Shown: one piece after another, positions 1 to 9,148 of the stretch
Layout of the letters: every line of letters begins with the position of its first letter
Position numbering within the stretch: position 1 is the stretch's first letter
NCBI GenBank assembly: GCA_963840855.1
Contig: CAWJBB010000050.1
Coordinates: 1 to 64,000, forward strand
Reading direction: 5' to 3'
Source: an uncultured delta proteobacterium
Lineage (GTDB): Bacteria; Desulfobacterota; Binatia; UBA9968
DNA: 64,000 nucleotides
Notes under the pieces: generated by a model
What the model was told of the DNA's origin: nothing
The model's input: the letters and a program-made list of their open reading frames with translations, nothing else
Databases searched by the model: none
Made by a program: the position numbers and the translations under genes

Positions 1-111
1 GCCTACGGCGAACGTAAAAATTGGCAAGATTTTCGCCAGCGCATGGCGCGCGAGCGGCGCGTGATTATTCGCATCACCATCGAGAGCGTCGGGCCGCAGC
101 GACGCGGTTGA
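1..111 (+). CDS. 3' end of a gene cut by the window edge, probably a PPOX-class (F420-dependent-like) oxidoreductase
   Basis: Frame 1 reads AYGERKNWQDFRQRMARERRVIIRITIESVGPQRRG*, which resembles the C-terminus of PPOX-family proteins. Confidence 0.5.
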   Translation, partial: AYGERKNWQDFRQRMARERRVIIRITIESVGPQRRG

Positions 112-120
112 GCCTCTTCA

Positions 121-756
121 ATGATAGCTGTCGTTTGCCACTGTATCCGGGCGCGCCGCTTAGCGCTGTTGAGCTTGCTGTGGTCGTCCGCGATCATCGT
201 GACGGGGGCTTGGGTCCAGGGCGCCGAGGCCGCGGAATTTACCGCGGGGCAATTGCTAGTGGCGACGCCTGACATGCGTGATCCGCGCTTCGCCGAAGCG
301 GTCATTTACATGGTCAAGCACAACGCCGAAGGAGCGATGGGATTGGTAATCAACCGGCCGCTGGCAAAGGGACCGGTCAAAGACCTGCTGCAAGGCTTTG
401 GCATCGAAAACGAAGACGCCAAGGGCGAAATCATTATTCATTACGGCGGACCTGTGAGCGCCAACATCGGCTTCGTGCTTCACAGCGATGACGTCATGCT
501 CGATGTTTCCGAGAGAGTGAAAGACGGCATTGTCATGACTGTCGATTCTAAGCTGATAGAAGCGATGGCACGGGGCCAGGGGCCGCGCGAATCCCTCGTG
601 CTTTTCGGTTACGCCGGCTGGGCTCTGGGCCAGTTAGAAGGCGAACTCGAAGCCGGAGCTTGGCACGTCGTTCCCGCCGATAAAACTCTCGTTTTCAGCA
701 AAGAGGCGGATAAGAAGTGGCAGCAGGCAATGGATCGGCGCCGGATTTCGCTGTGA
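121..756 (+). CDS. YqgE/AlgH (DUF179) family protein with N-terminal hydrophobic extension
   Basis: Motifs GQLLVATPDMRDPRF, GAMGLVINRP, YGGPV, GYAGW..GQLEGE. Confidence 0.9.
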   Translation: MIAVVCHCIRARRLALLSLLWSSAIIVTGAWVQGAEAAEFTAGQLLVATPDMRDPRFAEAVIYMVKHNAEGAMGLVINRPLAKGPVKDLLQGFGIENEDAKGEIIIHYGGPVSANIGFVLHSDDVMLDVSERVKDGIVMTVDSKLIEAMARGQGPRESLVLFGYAGWALGQLEGELEAGAWHVVPADKTLVFSKEADKKWQQAMDRRRISL

Positions 757-791
757 GTCCTCAAAACGTTTAGTGTAGGAGTGTAATGTAG

Positions 792-1724
792 ATGCTGCGC
801 ATCGCCGTTCCCGATTTAGTTTCCAATTCCTACTTTCCCATCATCGCCGCTGTGGAGTTGGGGTTTTTCAAGGAAGAGGGCTTCGATGCTTCCGTGAATC
901 TATTGTTCCCGGTGCCGAAAACTTTCGCCGCCCTGCGCGATGGCACGTTGGATTTCGTGGTCGGCTCGGCCCACGCAACACTGTTGGCCTTTCCACAGTG
1001 GCAAGGAGCCAAGTTGCTTTGCGCCATCGGCAAGCATACCTACTGGTTTCTCGTGGTGCGGAGCGACCTCAAACCCCAGCGCGGCGATCTTGAGATCGTC
1101 AAGGGGCTGCGCATCGGCGCCGCGCCCGGCGTCGATCTGAGTTTAAAACGCATGCTCGTCGACGCCGGCATCGACACCGAAAGAGACAGTGTTCTAATCA
1201 TGCCGATTCCCGGCGCAGTGGGACCCAATGTATCCTTCGGTCTCGCGGCGGCAAAAGCATTGGAAGAAGGCAAGCTCGACGGCTTCTGGGCCAATGGCAT
1301 GGGATGCGAAGTGGCTGTGCGGCGCGGAGTCGGTACGATGGTGCTCGACGTGCGCCGTGGCGACGGACCGCCGGCGGCGCGGCACTACACATTTCCGGCG
1401 CTAGTAGCCACGGAGAAAAAAATCGCCGCGGAGCCGGCGAGCGTGCGCGCCGCCATTCGCGCCGTTTTGAAAGCCCACAAAGCGTTAAAGGAAAATGTAG
1501 AACTGGCGACCGAGGTCGGTAAAAAACGCTTCCCGCCCTCCGAAGCGGACCTGATCGCTGAGCTGATCCGCCGTGATCTCCCCTATTACGATCCGGCCAT
1601 CGGCAAAGAAACCGTCGCCAACATGAATCGCTTCGCTCAGGATATCGGACTACTCTCGGCATCTGTGCCCTATGAGGGCGTAGTCGCCGCCGAGTTCAAC
1701 CATTTGTGGAACGAAACGGTTTAA
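792..1724 (+). CDS. ABC transporter substrate-binding protein, NMT1/SsuA/THI5-like
   Basis: AVELGFFKEEG, ALRDGTLDF and KGLRIG motifs; AGGAG RBS upstream. Confidence 0.8.
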   Translation: MLRIAVPDLVSNSYFPIIAAVELGFFKEEGFDASVNLLFPVPKTFAALRDGTLDFVVGSAHATLLAFPQWQGAKLLCAIGKHTYWFLVVRSDLKPQRGDLEIVKGLRIGAAPGVDLSLKRMLVDAGIDTERDSVLIMPIPGAVGPNVSFGLAAAKALEEGKLDGFWANGMGCEVAVRRGVGTMVLDVRRGDGPPAARHYTFPALVATEKKIAAEPASVRAAIRAVLKAHKALKENVELATEVGKKRFPPSEADLIAELIRRDLPYYDPAIGKETVANMNRFAQDIGLLSASVPYEGVVAAEFNHLWNETV

Positions 1725-1726
1725 TT

Positions 1727-1743
1727 TTGGCACGAATTAAGCA
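1727..1743 (+). promoter_or_regulatory. Putative sigma-54 (-24/-12) promoter upstream of the ECF sigma gene
   Basis: TTGGCACGAATTAAGCA has GG-N10-GC spacing. Confidence 0.45.
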
Positions 1744-1794
1744 AAAGTTTCAATACTATAGAGACATTAGGTAAAGTGAAAACTGAATCTGTCA

Positions 1795-2502
1795 ATGGGC
1801 CTCGACCGGCCGCTACCGGAAATCAACACCGGGCCGGGTTCGATGGCGCCGATCGGCACTTGCTATATGGAACAAATTTTCGGGAACCTTTTTCTGAATA
1901 AGCAGTCAAATAAATCGGAAGCGATAGTGTCTGGCGGGATCAGTGACGCGGAATGCGTCCGGCGCTTGCAGCAGGGTAACACGGAAATCTTCGCAACCCT
2001 GGTGGAACGACACCAGAAGACGATCTTTAATCTTCTATACCGCATGCTCGGCGATTATGATGACGCGGCAGAGGTTTCCCAGGAAGCTTTTCTTTCAGCC
2101 TACCGCTCCATCAAGAGTTTTCGCGGCGACGCGAGTTTTTCGACATGGCTTTACCGTATTGCGGTCAATCATGCGAACACTCGGCGCAAAAGCGCGACCC
2201 TCTGGCAACAACGCATGGCCTGGATGGAATCCATGGAGCCAGCGGGCGATGGCGGGCCCGACCCCGCCGATGCGCTTGAGCAAACAGAGATGCGCGAACG
2301 TGTCCAGGCGGCATTGAACAGCTTGGAGTCGGACGATGCCACGATCATTTTGCTCAGAGACCTCCAAGACGTTCCCTATGAAGTTGTTGCCGATATGCTG
2401 AAAATTCCCATCGGCACGGTGAAATCACGGCTTCACCGCGCGCGCCGGGCGCTCAAGGCCCGGCTTACGCCCTATTTCAAAGCAAGAAGGACGCCAAAAT
2501 GA
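1795..2502 (+). CDS. ECF RNA polymerase sigma factor (RpoE/SigW-like); true start may be 1867 or later
   Basis: Region 2 AEVSQEAFLSAYRSIKSFRGDASFSTWLYRIAVN and region 4 IPIGTVKSRLHRAR. Confidence 0.93.
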   Translation: MGLDRPLPEINTGPGSMAPIGTCYMEQIFGNLFLNKQSNKSEAIVSGGISDAECVRRLQQGNTEIFATLVERHQKTIFNLLYRMLGDYDDAAEVSQEAFLSAYRSIKSFRGDASFSTWLYRIAVNHANTRRKSATLWQQRMAWMESMEPAGDGGPDPADALEQTEMRERVQAALNSLESDDATIILLRDLQDVPYEVVADMLKIPIGTVKSRLHRARRALKARLTPYFKARRTPK

Positions 2503-3650
2503 ACTGCGATGAAATCCAAGCTCAACTCTCGGAATACCTGGATCGCTCCCTTGGCGCGGCGCCGATGGCGCTAGTTGAAGAGCATCTCGCGGCCTGCCCG
2601 TCATGCCGGGAGGAAACTGAACTACTCAGCGAAACTATAGGCCAGGTTGCCGTGCTGCCAACAGTGGAACCGCCGCTTGGATTTACCCAGCGTGTTATGG
2701 CCCATGTGCGGGAGATCGAACCGCAACCGGCATTATGGCGCCGGCTCTTTTTGCCGCTACGCCAAAGATTACCGGTACAAGCGACGGCGCTGGTTATGCT
2801 TGGCATTTTAGGTGCTTATCTCCTGCAAAAGGAAGAAATGCACAAACAATTAACAGCCATACCGCCTGTCCAAGTCACCGACGGCATCAAGCAAGACAGT
2901 GCGCCAGCGCGCCAAGACCTTCCTGTTCCGCCAACGACGAGTACAAGTAAAACGAATGCCTCAGCCAAGCGCTCCACCGACGAGTCCACAAAACAACCGG
3001 CATCGTCGCGCGACCCTCAACCAGACTCAATAGCGCGCCGCGAGCGCGTCCAGACTGCCGGAAGTCCGGCGCCCAAATCGACGGACAGCTTACGGCCCGC
3101 GACCCCGGCGGCCGCGCCCGAACCAGGCGATAGAGCGGCACCTATGATCTCCGGGACAGCGGTAGCTAATCATGTTTCCTCTCAAGGAGGCGGAGGTTTG
3201 GGCACGCTGGCTTTCCCCTTTGAATCGGACCCCGCGACCGCTTTTAGATCGGCGTCTTCGGCCATAGTGCCTTTCGCAGATTATGAGTTGGTTGTCAGGC
3301 GCCACGGCCGCCAACCGGCCGAGTCGCGTGGCGACGTTACGGACGCAGTGCGTAAAACAGACACGAGCCAGGCCGCCGAACGTCAATCGACCACCCCGCG
3401 CGCCATCGACCAGTTGATGGCCGCCATTCCCGACCAGGCCCGCCCACAAACTATCTGGGTGACCGTGCCGAAAAATCTATACGAACAATTTAAAAAAGAA
3501 CTTCACGCTCTGGGAACCATCGAGTCGGAAACCCAAGTGCCGCTCTTACGCGATCAGACGGCTGCGCAGTCAGATGGCCAAATCCGCGTGAAGCTGACAG
3601 CCATGCCCGGGGCCGATAGCCCAACGCCAAATCCACCCGCCAGCCGGTAG
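2499..3650 (+). CDS. Zinc-binding (zf-HC2) membrane anti-sigma factor
   Basis: MNC..IQAQLSEYLD and HLAACPSC motifs, one TM helix, ATGA overlap with the sigma gene. Confidence 0.88.
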   Translation: MNCDEIQAQLSEYLDRSLGAAPMALVEEHLAACPSCREETELLSETIGQVAVLPTVEPPLGFTQRVMAHVREIEPQPALWRRLFLPLRQRLPVQATALVMLGILGAYLLQKEEMHKQLTAIPPVQVTDGIKQDSAPARQDLPVPPTTSTSKTNASAKRSTDESTKQPASSRDPQPDSIARRERVQTAGSPAPKSTDSLRPATPAAAPEPGDRAAPMISGTAVANHVSSQGGGGLGTLAFPFESDPATAFRSASSAIVPFADYELVVRRHGRQPAESRGDVTDAVRKTDTSQAAERQSTTPRAIDQLMAAIPDQARPQTIWVTVPKNLYEQFKKELHALGTIESETQVPLLRDQTAAQSDGQIRVKLTAMPGADSPTPNPPASR

Positions 3651-3710
3651 TCCGGTCGCATTAGCATCCTCGACGAATGAGCCGGGTGCGGGCAGAAAAG
3701 GCCATCATCG

Positions 3711-4199
3711 TCAGCCAACGAAAAGCGTGAACTTCGCGCCGTTGAGGTTGGTGAGAGGTTTGGGATTGAGTAAACGCCGGTCAGAAGAGAGTACGCGCTG
3801 GGCAATTTCCCAATTGACAGGCGGCAGAGGATTCAGTTCACGAATTTGGTCTAGAGTAAAATAATCCGCATGATCTACTTCATGACCATCCGCCATAGGC
3901 TCACCGCTAACGGGCTTTAACAGCAAGACTACGTAAATGCCGTTGCCGGAGTCCGGATCGTAGCGGCTCCGCAGCCCCAAGACCGCCTCCACTTCGGCCG
4001 TCACACCCGCCTCTTCCTGAACTTCACGAACAACCGCTTGCTCAATGGTCTCATCCGGCTCGATGAAACCACCCGGCAGCTGCCAGTTGCCGCGGCCATG
4101 TCTCGACGCCCGCCGGACTAACAGTAATTGGCCGTGTCGCACCACGGCGCCGCCGACGCCGATGTTGTAACCCGTGTTATACCGTATTGGAATGGCCAT
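3711..4199 (-). CDS. NUDIX hydrolase
   Basis: Nudix box GGFIEPDETIEQAVVREVQEEAGV. Confidence 0.92.
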   Translation of the reverse strand: MAIPIRYNTGYNIGVGGAVVRHGQLLLVRRASRHGRGNWQLPGGFIEPDETIEQAVVREVQEEAGVTAEVEAVLGLRSRYDPDSGNGIYVVLLLKPVSGEPMADGHEVDHADYFTLDQIRELNPLPPVNWEIAQRVLSSDRRLLNPKPLTNLNGAKFTLFVG

Positions 4200-4213
4200 G
4201 CGGGGCTCCGCCC

Positions 4214-5404
4214 TTAGATCCTCAATTGAAATAATCTCTGAGCATTCTTCCAGCGAATCAGTTCCTTATGCTCTTCTGAAATCTTCGCGTTATCCTTAAG
4301 AAGCCGGACGTCTTCGAATTTCATCCTTCCGCCGGGATCGTCATGGGGGTAATCGGTGGCGAAGAGAAAGCGCTCCGCGCCGAGAAACTGGACGGCCTCC
4401 GGTAGCTCCGGTTCCTCGGTTTCAATGGTGAAATAAAAGTTATTTTTAAAGTAATAACTTGCCGGCTTCTTATTCTTTTCCAGAAACTGACTCGCCGGCA
4501 GGATTGCCCGCGCCCGGCGAAGCTTCTCGCCGATCTTGGATAGTGCGCGATTCGACAAGGGCTCTTCCTGGTCGTCGTAATCCACTGGCGGCGCTTCCAA
4601 AACTTTGTCCAGGCGCTCCACCAATGGTTTGATAAAGGATGTCCCGGCCTCGGTGTAAATAAACTGTAATTTTGGCAATGCGTCGAGCAAGCCGCTGGTA
4701 AAGAGCGACACCAGACTCATCTGCCCTTCTTGGGGCGCGAAAACATAGAGCCCGTCACGCTGAAATAGCAGGAGATTGCTGATACGGTGGCCATGCTGAA
4801 CATTATGGAGATAGAGCGGCATCGCCAAATCCTCAGCCTTTTCAAAAAACGGCCAAAGCTCGCGACGACTCCCGAGGGGTTCGCCGTAGGGATGTTCTTT
4901 CACCGGAAAAACTTTGTCCAGAACCGCGCTCTTGAAACCTTGTTCCTTAGCCCATTCTAGCTCGCGGATGGAAGCTTCGACGTCTTGCAACGCCACGAGC
5001 GCAACACCGAGAATTTTCCCGGGAAACTCGTTCATGATGCGCAGCATCGCTTCATTATGTGAGCGCGCCATGCTCGTCGCTAATCCGGGTTCGATGAGAT
5101 AGGACCACCAACCGGAGAACTGGGGCAGAACAATATGCATCTCGATGCCTAATCGCCTCTCGTAATCCGCCATGCGCGCCTCGAGGTCCCAAAGACTGCG
5201 AAACATGGCGCCGGAACCCGGCGCGCCCAGTGGACTTGTGCCTGCCACCTGCGGCGCATCGCCGGGAAAATCGACGTCTGAATAGAGGCCGGCTTGGTCG
5301 AATTGAAGTACCGGCCTATGGGAACTCAGCATGCCACCAACGCCGTCAAACGCGTCCCGTGGCATCAAGTGGGTATCGCAGTCAACAATCAAGACCGCCT
5401 CCAA
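4214..5404 (-). CDS. Amidohydrolase_2 family protein (decarboxylase/hydratase-like)
   Basis: DCDTH, LYLH, EAG and FATDYPH motifs. Confidence 0.88.
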   Translation of the reverse strand: MEAVLIVDCDTHLMPRDAFDGVGGMLSSHRPVLQFDQAGLYSDVDFPGDAPQVAGTSPLGAPGSGAMFRSLWDLEARMADYERRLGIEMHIVLPQFSGWWSYLIEPGLATSMARSHNEAMLRIMNEFPGKILGVALVALQDVEASIRELEWAKEQGFKSAVLDKVFPVKEHPYGEPLGSRRELWPFFEKAEDLAMPLYLHNVQHGHRISNLLLFQRDGLYVFAPQEGQMSLVSLFTSGLLDALPKLQFIYTEAGTSFIKPLVERLDKVLEAPPVDYDDQEEPLSNRALSKIGEKLRRARAILPASQFLEKNKKPASYYFKNNFYFTIETEEPELPEAVQFLGAERFLFATDYPHDDPGGRMKFEDVRLLKDNAKISEEHKELIRWKNAQRLFQLRI

Positions 5405-5464
5405 AAACTGCTAATTTTCCTTTTATAGGGCGGTCGTGACTGCGAAGTCAAATTGAGAAATGAG

Positions 5465-5490
5465 CGCGGCGGCCCCGATGGACCGCCGCG
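5465..5490. terminator. GC-rich hairpin, possible terminator of the 5529-6035 gene
   Basis: CGCGGCGG ... CCGCCGCG inverted repeat. Confidence 0.35.
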
Positions 5491-5528
5491 TGAAGGAAGA
5501 GCGAAAGCTTTGCGTCAAGCTTCAGGTA

Positions 5529-6035
5529 TCAGTCATACCAAAAGCCACCAACCCGTCGATCGAAGTCCCGAGAACCACGCCTGTAGTCTTGTCCCCGATC
5601 CCAGCGGTTGTCGTTATTCCACCAACCCCAACCGGTTTTACGGTAGTCATGCCGACCATAACCGTATCGATGATTGTCATAGCCGTATTTGTCGAGATCG
5701 CGGCGAAGTTCCGCATAGTCCTCGCGGATTTCGCGCCGGTCCTGGAAGATTTCCTGCCGCCCCTGCCGCACTTCGTTGCGTAATCGCTCTATCTGCGCCG
5801 GGCTCCTGCCCCTCCGATAAGCTCGCTGAAGCGCTTCTCGGTCACGATTGTATTCTCGAATATCCCTGCGCAACTCCGCGCGGTCCCTCCGAATCTCCGC
5901 CACATCGCCGCGTATTTCCGCTCGCGCTACCCGCTCCCTGTGTCTGCTCCGGGCCTCCGCCGATATCGGAATCGCCAACGCTATCAATGAAATTATCGCC
6001 GCAGTTAAAAACACTCGTGCGTTAGTTTTTCTCAT
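5529..6035 (-). CDS. Secreted Arg/Asp-rich helical-repeat hypothetical protein
   Basis: Signal peptide ending AEA, repeated E(I/L)RxDxxE(L/I)RRD units, AGGAGG RBS. Confidence 0.75.
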   Translation of the reverse strand: MRKTNARVFLTAAIISLIALAIPISAEARSRHRERVARAEIRGDVAEIRRDRAELRRDIREYNRDREALQRAYRRGRSPAQIERLRNEVRQGRQEIFQDRREIREDYAELRRDLDKYGYDNHRYGYGRHDYRKTGWGWWNNDNRWDRGQDYRRGSRDFDRRVGGFWYD

Positions 6036-6112
6036 AGGCGCCTCCTTATCCGGTTAGACGGCGCTGGTTGAAAAACGTTAACAACGAAAAGGGGGAGATA
6101 CTCCGTCGACTG

Positions 6113-6161
6113 CCGTTCAAGTCGTTCAAAAGGTTCCAATCGTTCCAAACGTTTTGAACGG
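6113..6161. repeat. 9-bp-period GTTC(A/C)A array with inverted TTGAAC
   Basis: cgttcaagtcgttcaaaaggttccaatcgttccaaacgttttgaacgg. Confidence 0.7.
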
Positions 6162-6363
6162 CCCGATACGAAAGTCAAAGTCGTCGAAGAATGCTTCCGG
6201 ACATGACGGCACCTGGGCGATGAAGAAAGAAAATTTTGAGGCCTCGCTCAAATGGGGGAAACGCGCCTTCGCGCAGATGGCCGAGGGCGAGCCGGACATT
6301 ACCTGCTCCGACTGTCCGCTGGCGGCGATTCAGATAGAACAAAGCACCGGCCGCCGCCCATAA
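6162..6363 (+). pseudogene. C-terminal remnant of a CCG-domain Fe-S oxidoreductase (GlpC/HdrD-like), frameshifted
   Basis: PDTKVKVVEEC, then one extra T, then SGHDGTWAMKKE...CSDCPLAAIQI; no 5' part. Confidence 0.7.
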
Positions 6364-6385
6364 CCGAAGCTTACTAACGCGCAGA

Positions 6386-7153
6386 TCAACCCTCGGCTGC
6401 CTGCGGTTCAACCGTCCCCGAGCAGCCGACCATCTCGCGCCGTAGCCCGCACACCTCCGCCACTTCGTCGCGGTAGGCCAGCCAATGCTCCAAGGCTTCG
6501 TGCATCGCCCGCACCACAGCGCCGCGCCGGGTTGGCGTCACATGCTTGAGAATAGACTCCCAGGCCGCGCTGCGGTGATTGCCCTCGACTTTTCGGTGGG
6601 CTCGCGTGAGGGCCAGATGCTGCAAGGGCAGGCCGTAATGTTTAACCAACGGATGCTCGTTTAGCGAAGGCATCGGCGGGACTAGGTTTGCAGGCCCGAT
6701 GGCCGTTCGCTCATCCTTGGTTCCTTCGATAAAGATAGTAACGACCGCGGTGGCGATCTCCCACCCGTAATGTTGCGTCGCTTCGTCGAGGAAACTTCGA
6801 TACCGCTGCGCAGCCGCGAGTAATTGCACGTTCTCAAACCGTTTAAGGTCCATTCCTAAGCCTCGTGGGTACTCCAAGAACAATTCAGGATGGGGGCTCC
6901 CTGCCGCCAGCCCTCCGGTTTCTTCTTCGTAAAGATTTTCCGAGAGGCTGCGGCGCACCGCCGCGATTGGACATCGCACATAGGCCCACCCCACCATGAC
7001 CGGGAAGTCGCGAACATAGGCACCGTATTCCTGCTCGAAGTGAAAATGAAGGCGGTCCTTTGGCACCCTGCCATTGGTAAACGCCGGCCACGCCCAGTGA
7101 TCCTTGCGCTCCATTACAGCTAATAGCTGCTCGCGAAAAGTCTCCCGATCCAT
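6386..7153 (-). CDS. PqqC/CADD-like heme-oxygenase-like (iron-containing redox) enzyme
   Basis: ENLYEEETG..HPELF, IFIEG and HRKVEGNH diiron-type ligand motifs. Confidence 0.8.
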   Translation of the reverse strand: MDRETFREQLLAVMERKDHWAWPAFTNGRVPKDRLHFHFEQEYGAYVRDFPVMVGWAYVRCPIAAVRRSLSENLYEEETGGLAAGSPHPELFLEYPRGLGMDLKRFENVQLLAAAQRYRSFLDEATQHYGWEIATAVVTIFIEGTKDERTAIGPANLVPPMPSLNEHPLVKHYGLPLQHLALTRAHRKVEGNHRSAAWESILKHVTPTRRGAVVRAMHEALEHWLAYRDEVAEVCGLRREMVGCSGTVEPQAAEG

Positions 7154-7204
7154 GATCGCCCTCCCCTGATTTAATAATCAAGTAACCGCAACCTATTTTG
7201 CACC

Positions 7205-7220
7205 GCAACGCTCGTGCCAA
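7205..7220 (-). promoter_or_regulatory. Sigma-54 promoter for the PqqC/CADD-like gene
   Basis: Minus strand TTGGCACGAGCGTTGC matches the TTGGCACG-N4-TTGC consensus. Confidence 0.7.
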
Positions 7221-7338
7221 CAGCTAAGGCCTCAATTTTTCAAGAGAAGGCAGCGCCCGAATCGGGCAAAACGGTCAGATTGGGAAGAACGTTACTTTAA
7301 CTGCGAAGCAGCTAGGCAAACTCGCCCCGGCAAGCAAG

Positions 7339-7468
7339 AGGTTCAAAAGTTCAAATTGTTCAAATGGTTAACGCAGCCCGTATGGCTTGGAGACGGCTTG
7401 AACGTTTGAACGATTTGCTTTCGACAAATTCAGGCCCTGAGCAGCATGTCGAAGGGAACTACTTGAAC
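7339..7468. repeat. Inverted GTTCAA/TTGAAC array plus a REP-like TCGACA..TGTCGA element
   Basis: aggttcaaaagttcaaattgttcaaa ... ttgaacgtttgaacg, then ttcgacaaattcaggccctgagcagcatgtcgaa. Confidence 0.65.
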
Positions 7469-7511
7469 AAGCTGCCCGCTAGCATTCTTTGCCGCGCGAA
7501 TTTATCTGGGG

Positions 7512-8870
7512 TTAGTTAGCGGCCGCCTTGGTGCGCATGGTGACAAACTCTTCCGCCGCAGTCGGGTGGATACCAACGGTCGCGTCGAATTGGGCCTTGG
7601 TCGCGCGGCAGTTAAGCGCCACTGCCAAACCTTGGACGATCTCTCCCGCTTCCGGGCCGACCATATGGCAACCCAACACCCGGTCGGTGACCCGGTCCAC
7701 CACCAGCTTCATCATCGTGCACTCGTCACGGCCGCTGAGTGTGTGTCGGAGCGGACGAAACAGGGTGCGGTAAATATCGACGTGGTAATTTTGCTGGCGT
7801 GCTTGCTGCTCCGTGAGGCCGACGGTGGCACAGGTGGGAGTGCTGAAGACCGCGGTGGGAACGTTCTCGTAGCCAGGCCTGGTTGGTTTGTTGTTAAATA
7901 GCGTATTCGCCACGGCCATGCCTTCGGCTATGGCAACCGGCGTCAACATCATTCGGTCGGTACAGTCGCCGATCGCATAGATACTATCGACGCTCGACTT
8001 CGAGAAATCGTCAACGATGACAGCGCCGTTATCCTTTAGTTTTACCCCCGCGTTTTTCAATCCTAGATCAGGCGTGTGCGCCGCGCGCCCTGTGGCAAAA
8101 AGAATCTGGTCCGCTTCAATCATGCTGCCGTCGGTGAGCGCAGCGCTCAGCTTGCCATTCACTTCGTCAATTCTTGTGATTTGCGTCTTGAACCGAAGAT
8201 CGATCTGACGCTTGCGCATTTCCCCGGCCAAGGTAGAGCGAATGTCGTCGTCGAAGCCGCGCAGAAAAAGCTCGCCGCGATGGAGCTGCGTCGTATGCGC
8301 GCCGAGGCCATGAAATATGCCGGCAAATTCGACACCGATATAACCGCCCCCGACGACGATAATCTTCGCCGGCAGCACCGGCAAATAAAATGCCTCATTG
8401 GACGTAATGGCGTACTCTGACCCGGGAAACTTCGGCACCCTCGGCCAGCTACCCACGGCCACGAGTATATATTTCGCCGTGAACCTCTTGCCATCGACGG
8501 TCACCGTATGCGGATCGATGACCTCGGCGTGGCTTTCGACGATTTCCACGCCGGCATCGCCAAGAAGCTTGCGATAGATGCCGTTGAGACGGCGAATCTC
8601 TTGGTCCTTGTTGGCGATCAACTTGGTCCAATCGAAACGCCGCTTCCCTACCGTCCAGCCGAATTCCGCGGCGTCGTCAAAATCCTCGCCGTAGTGCGAC
8701 GCATAAACCAACAGTTTTTTTGGAATGCAGCCAACATTGACACAAGTGCCGCCGAAATAGCGCTCCTCGGCTACCGCAACTTTGGCGCCGAAGGACGCCG
8801 ACATCCGGCTGGCGCGCACGCCGCCGGACCCCGCGCCGATGGTGAACAGATCAAAATCATAATGAGCCAT
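7512..8870 (-). CDS. gor: Glutathione-disulfide reductase
   Basis: GAGSGG, GGTCVNVGCIPKK, GGGYIGVEFA and IHPTAAEEFVTM motifs. Confidence 0.95.
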   Translation of the reverse strand: MAHYDFDLFTIGAGSGGVRASRMSASFGAKVAVAEERYFGGTCVNVGCIPKKLLVYASHYGEDFDDAAEFGWTVGKRRFDWTKLIANKDQEIRRLNGIYRKLLGDAGVEIVESHAEVIDPHTVTVDGKRFTAKYILVAVGSWPRVPKFPGSEYAITSNEAFYLPVLPAKIIVVGGGYIGVEFAGIFHGLGAHTTQLHRGELFLRGFDDDIRSTLAGEMRKRQIDLRFKTQITRIDEVNGKLSAALTDGSMIEADQILFATGRAAHTPDLGLKNAGVKLKDNGAVIVDDFSKSSVDSIYAIGDCTDRMMLTPVAIAEGMAVANTLFNNKPTRPGYENVPTAVFSTPTCATVGLTEQQARQQNYHVDIYRTLFRPLRHTLSGRDECTMMKLVVDRVTDRVLGCHMVGPEAGEIVQGLAVALNCRATKAQFDATVGIHPTAAEEFVTMRTKAAAN

Positions 8871-9148
8871 GCGACCTCACCTCTGTAGGGGTCTAGAGTC
8901 TAGTGCCTCGGTTCTCGACTTAGCACTAGGCTCCAAACTCTTAGACCTTTTGTTCACACCTGCGCCATTCTGGGATTTGCGTTCCCGGTATCAGGTGAAT
9001 GAGACCCTTGACGCGAAACTCCCAGTTCTCTGTTAGCAACCACTAAAATAGGTAGCATCCGCCACTCGAAAAGTCTTGCGCGACTCTTTGACAGCGCGGG
9101 ACGATTCGTGAACAATGGCGCAACCGGTCGATTTCTGCTTAGAGCAAC

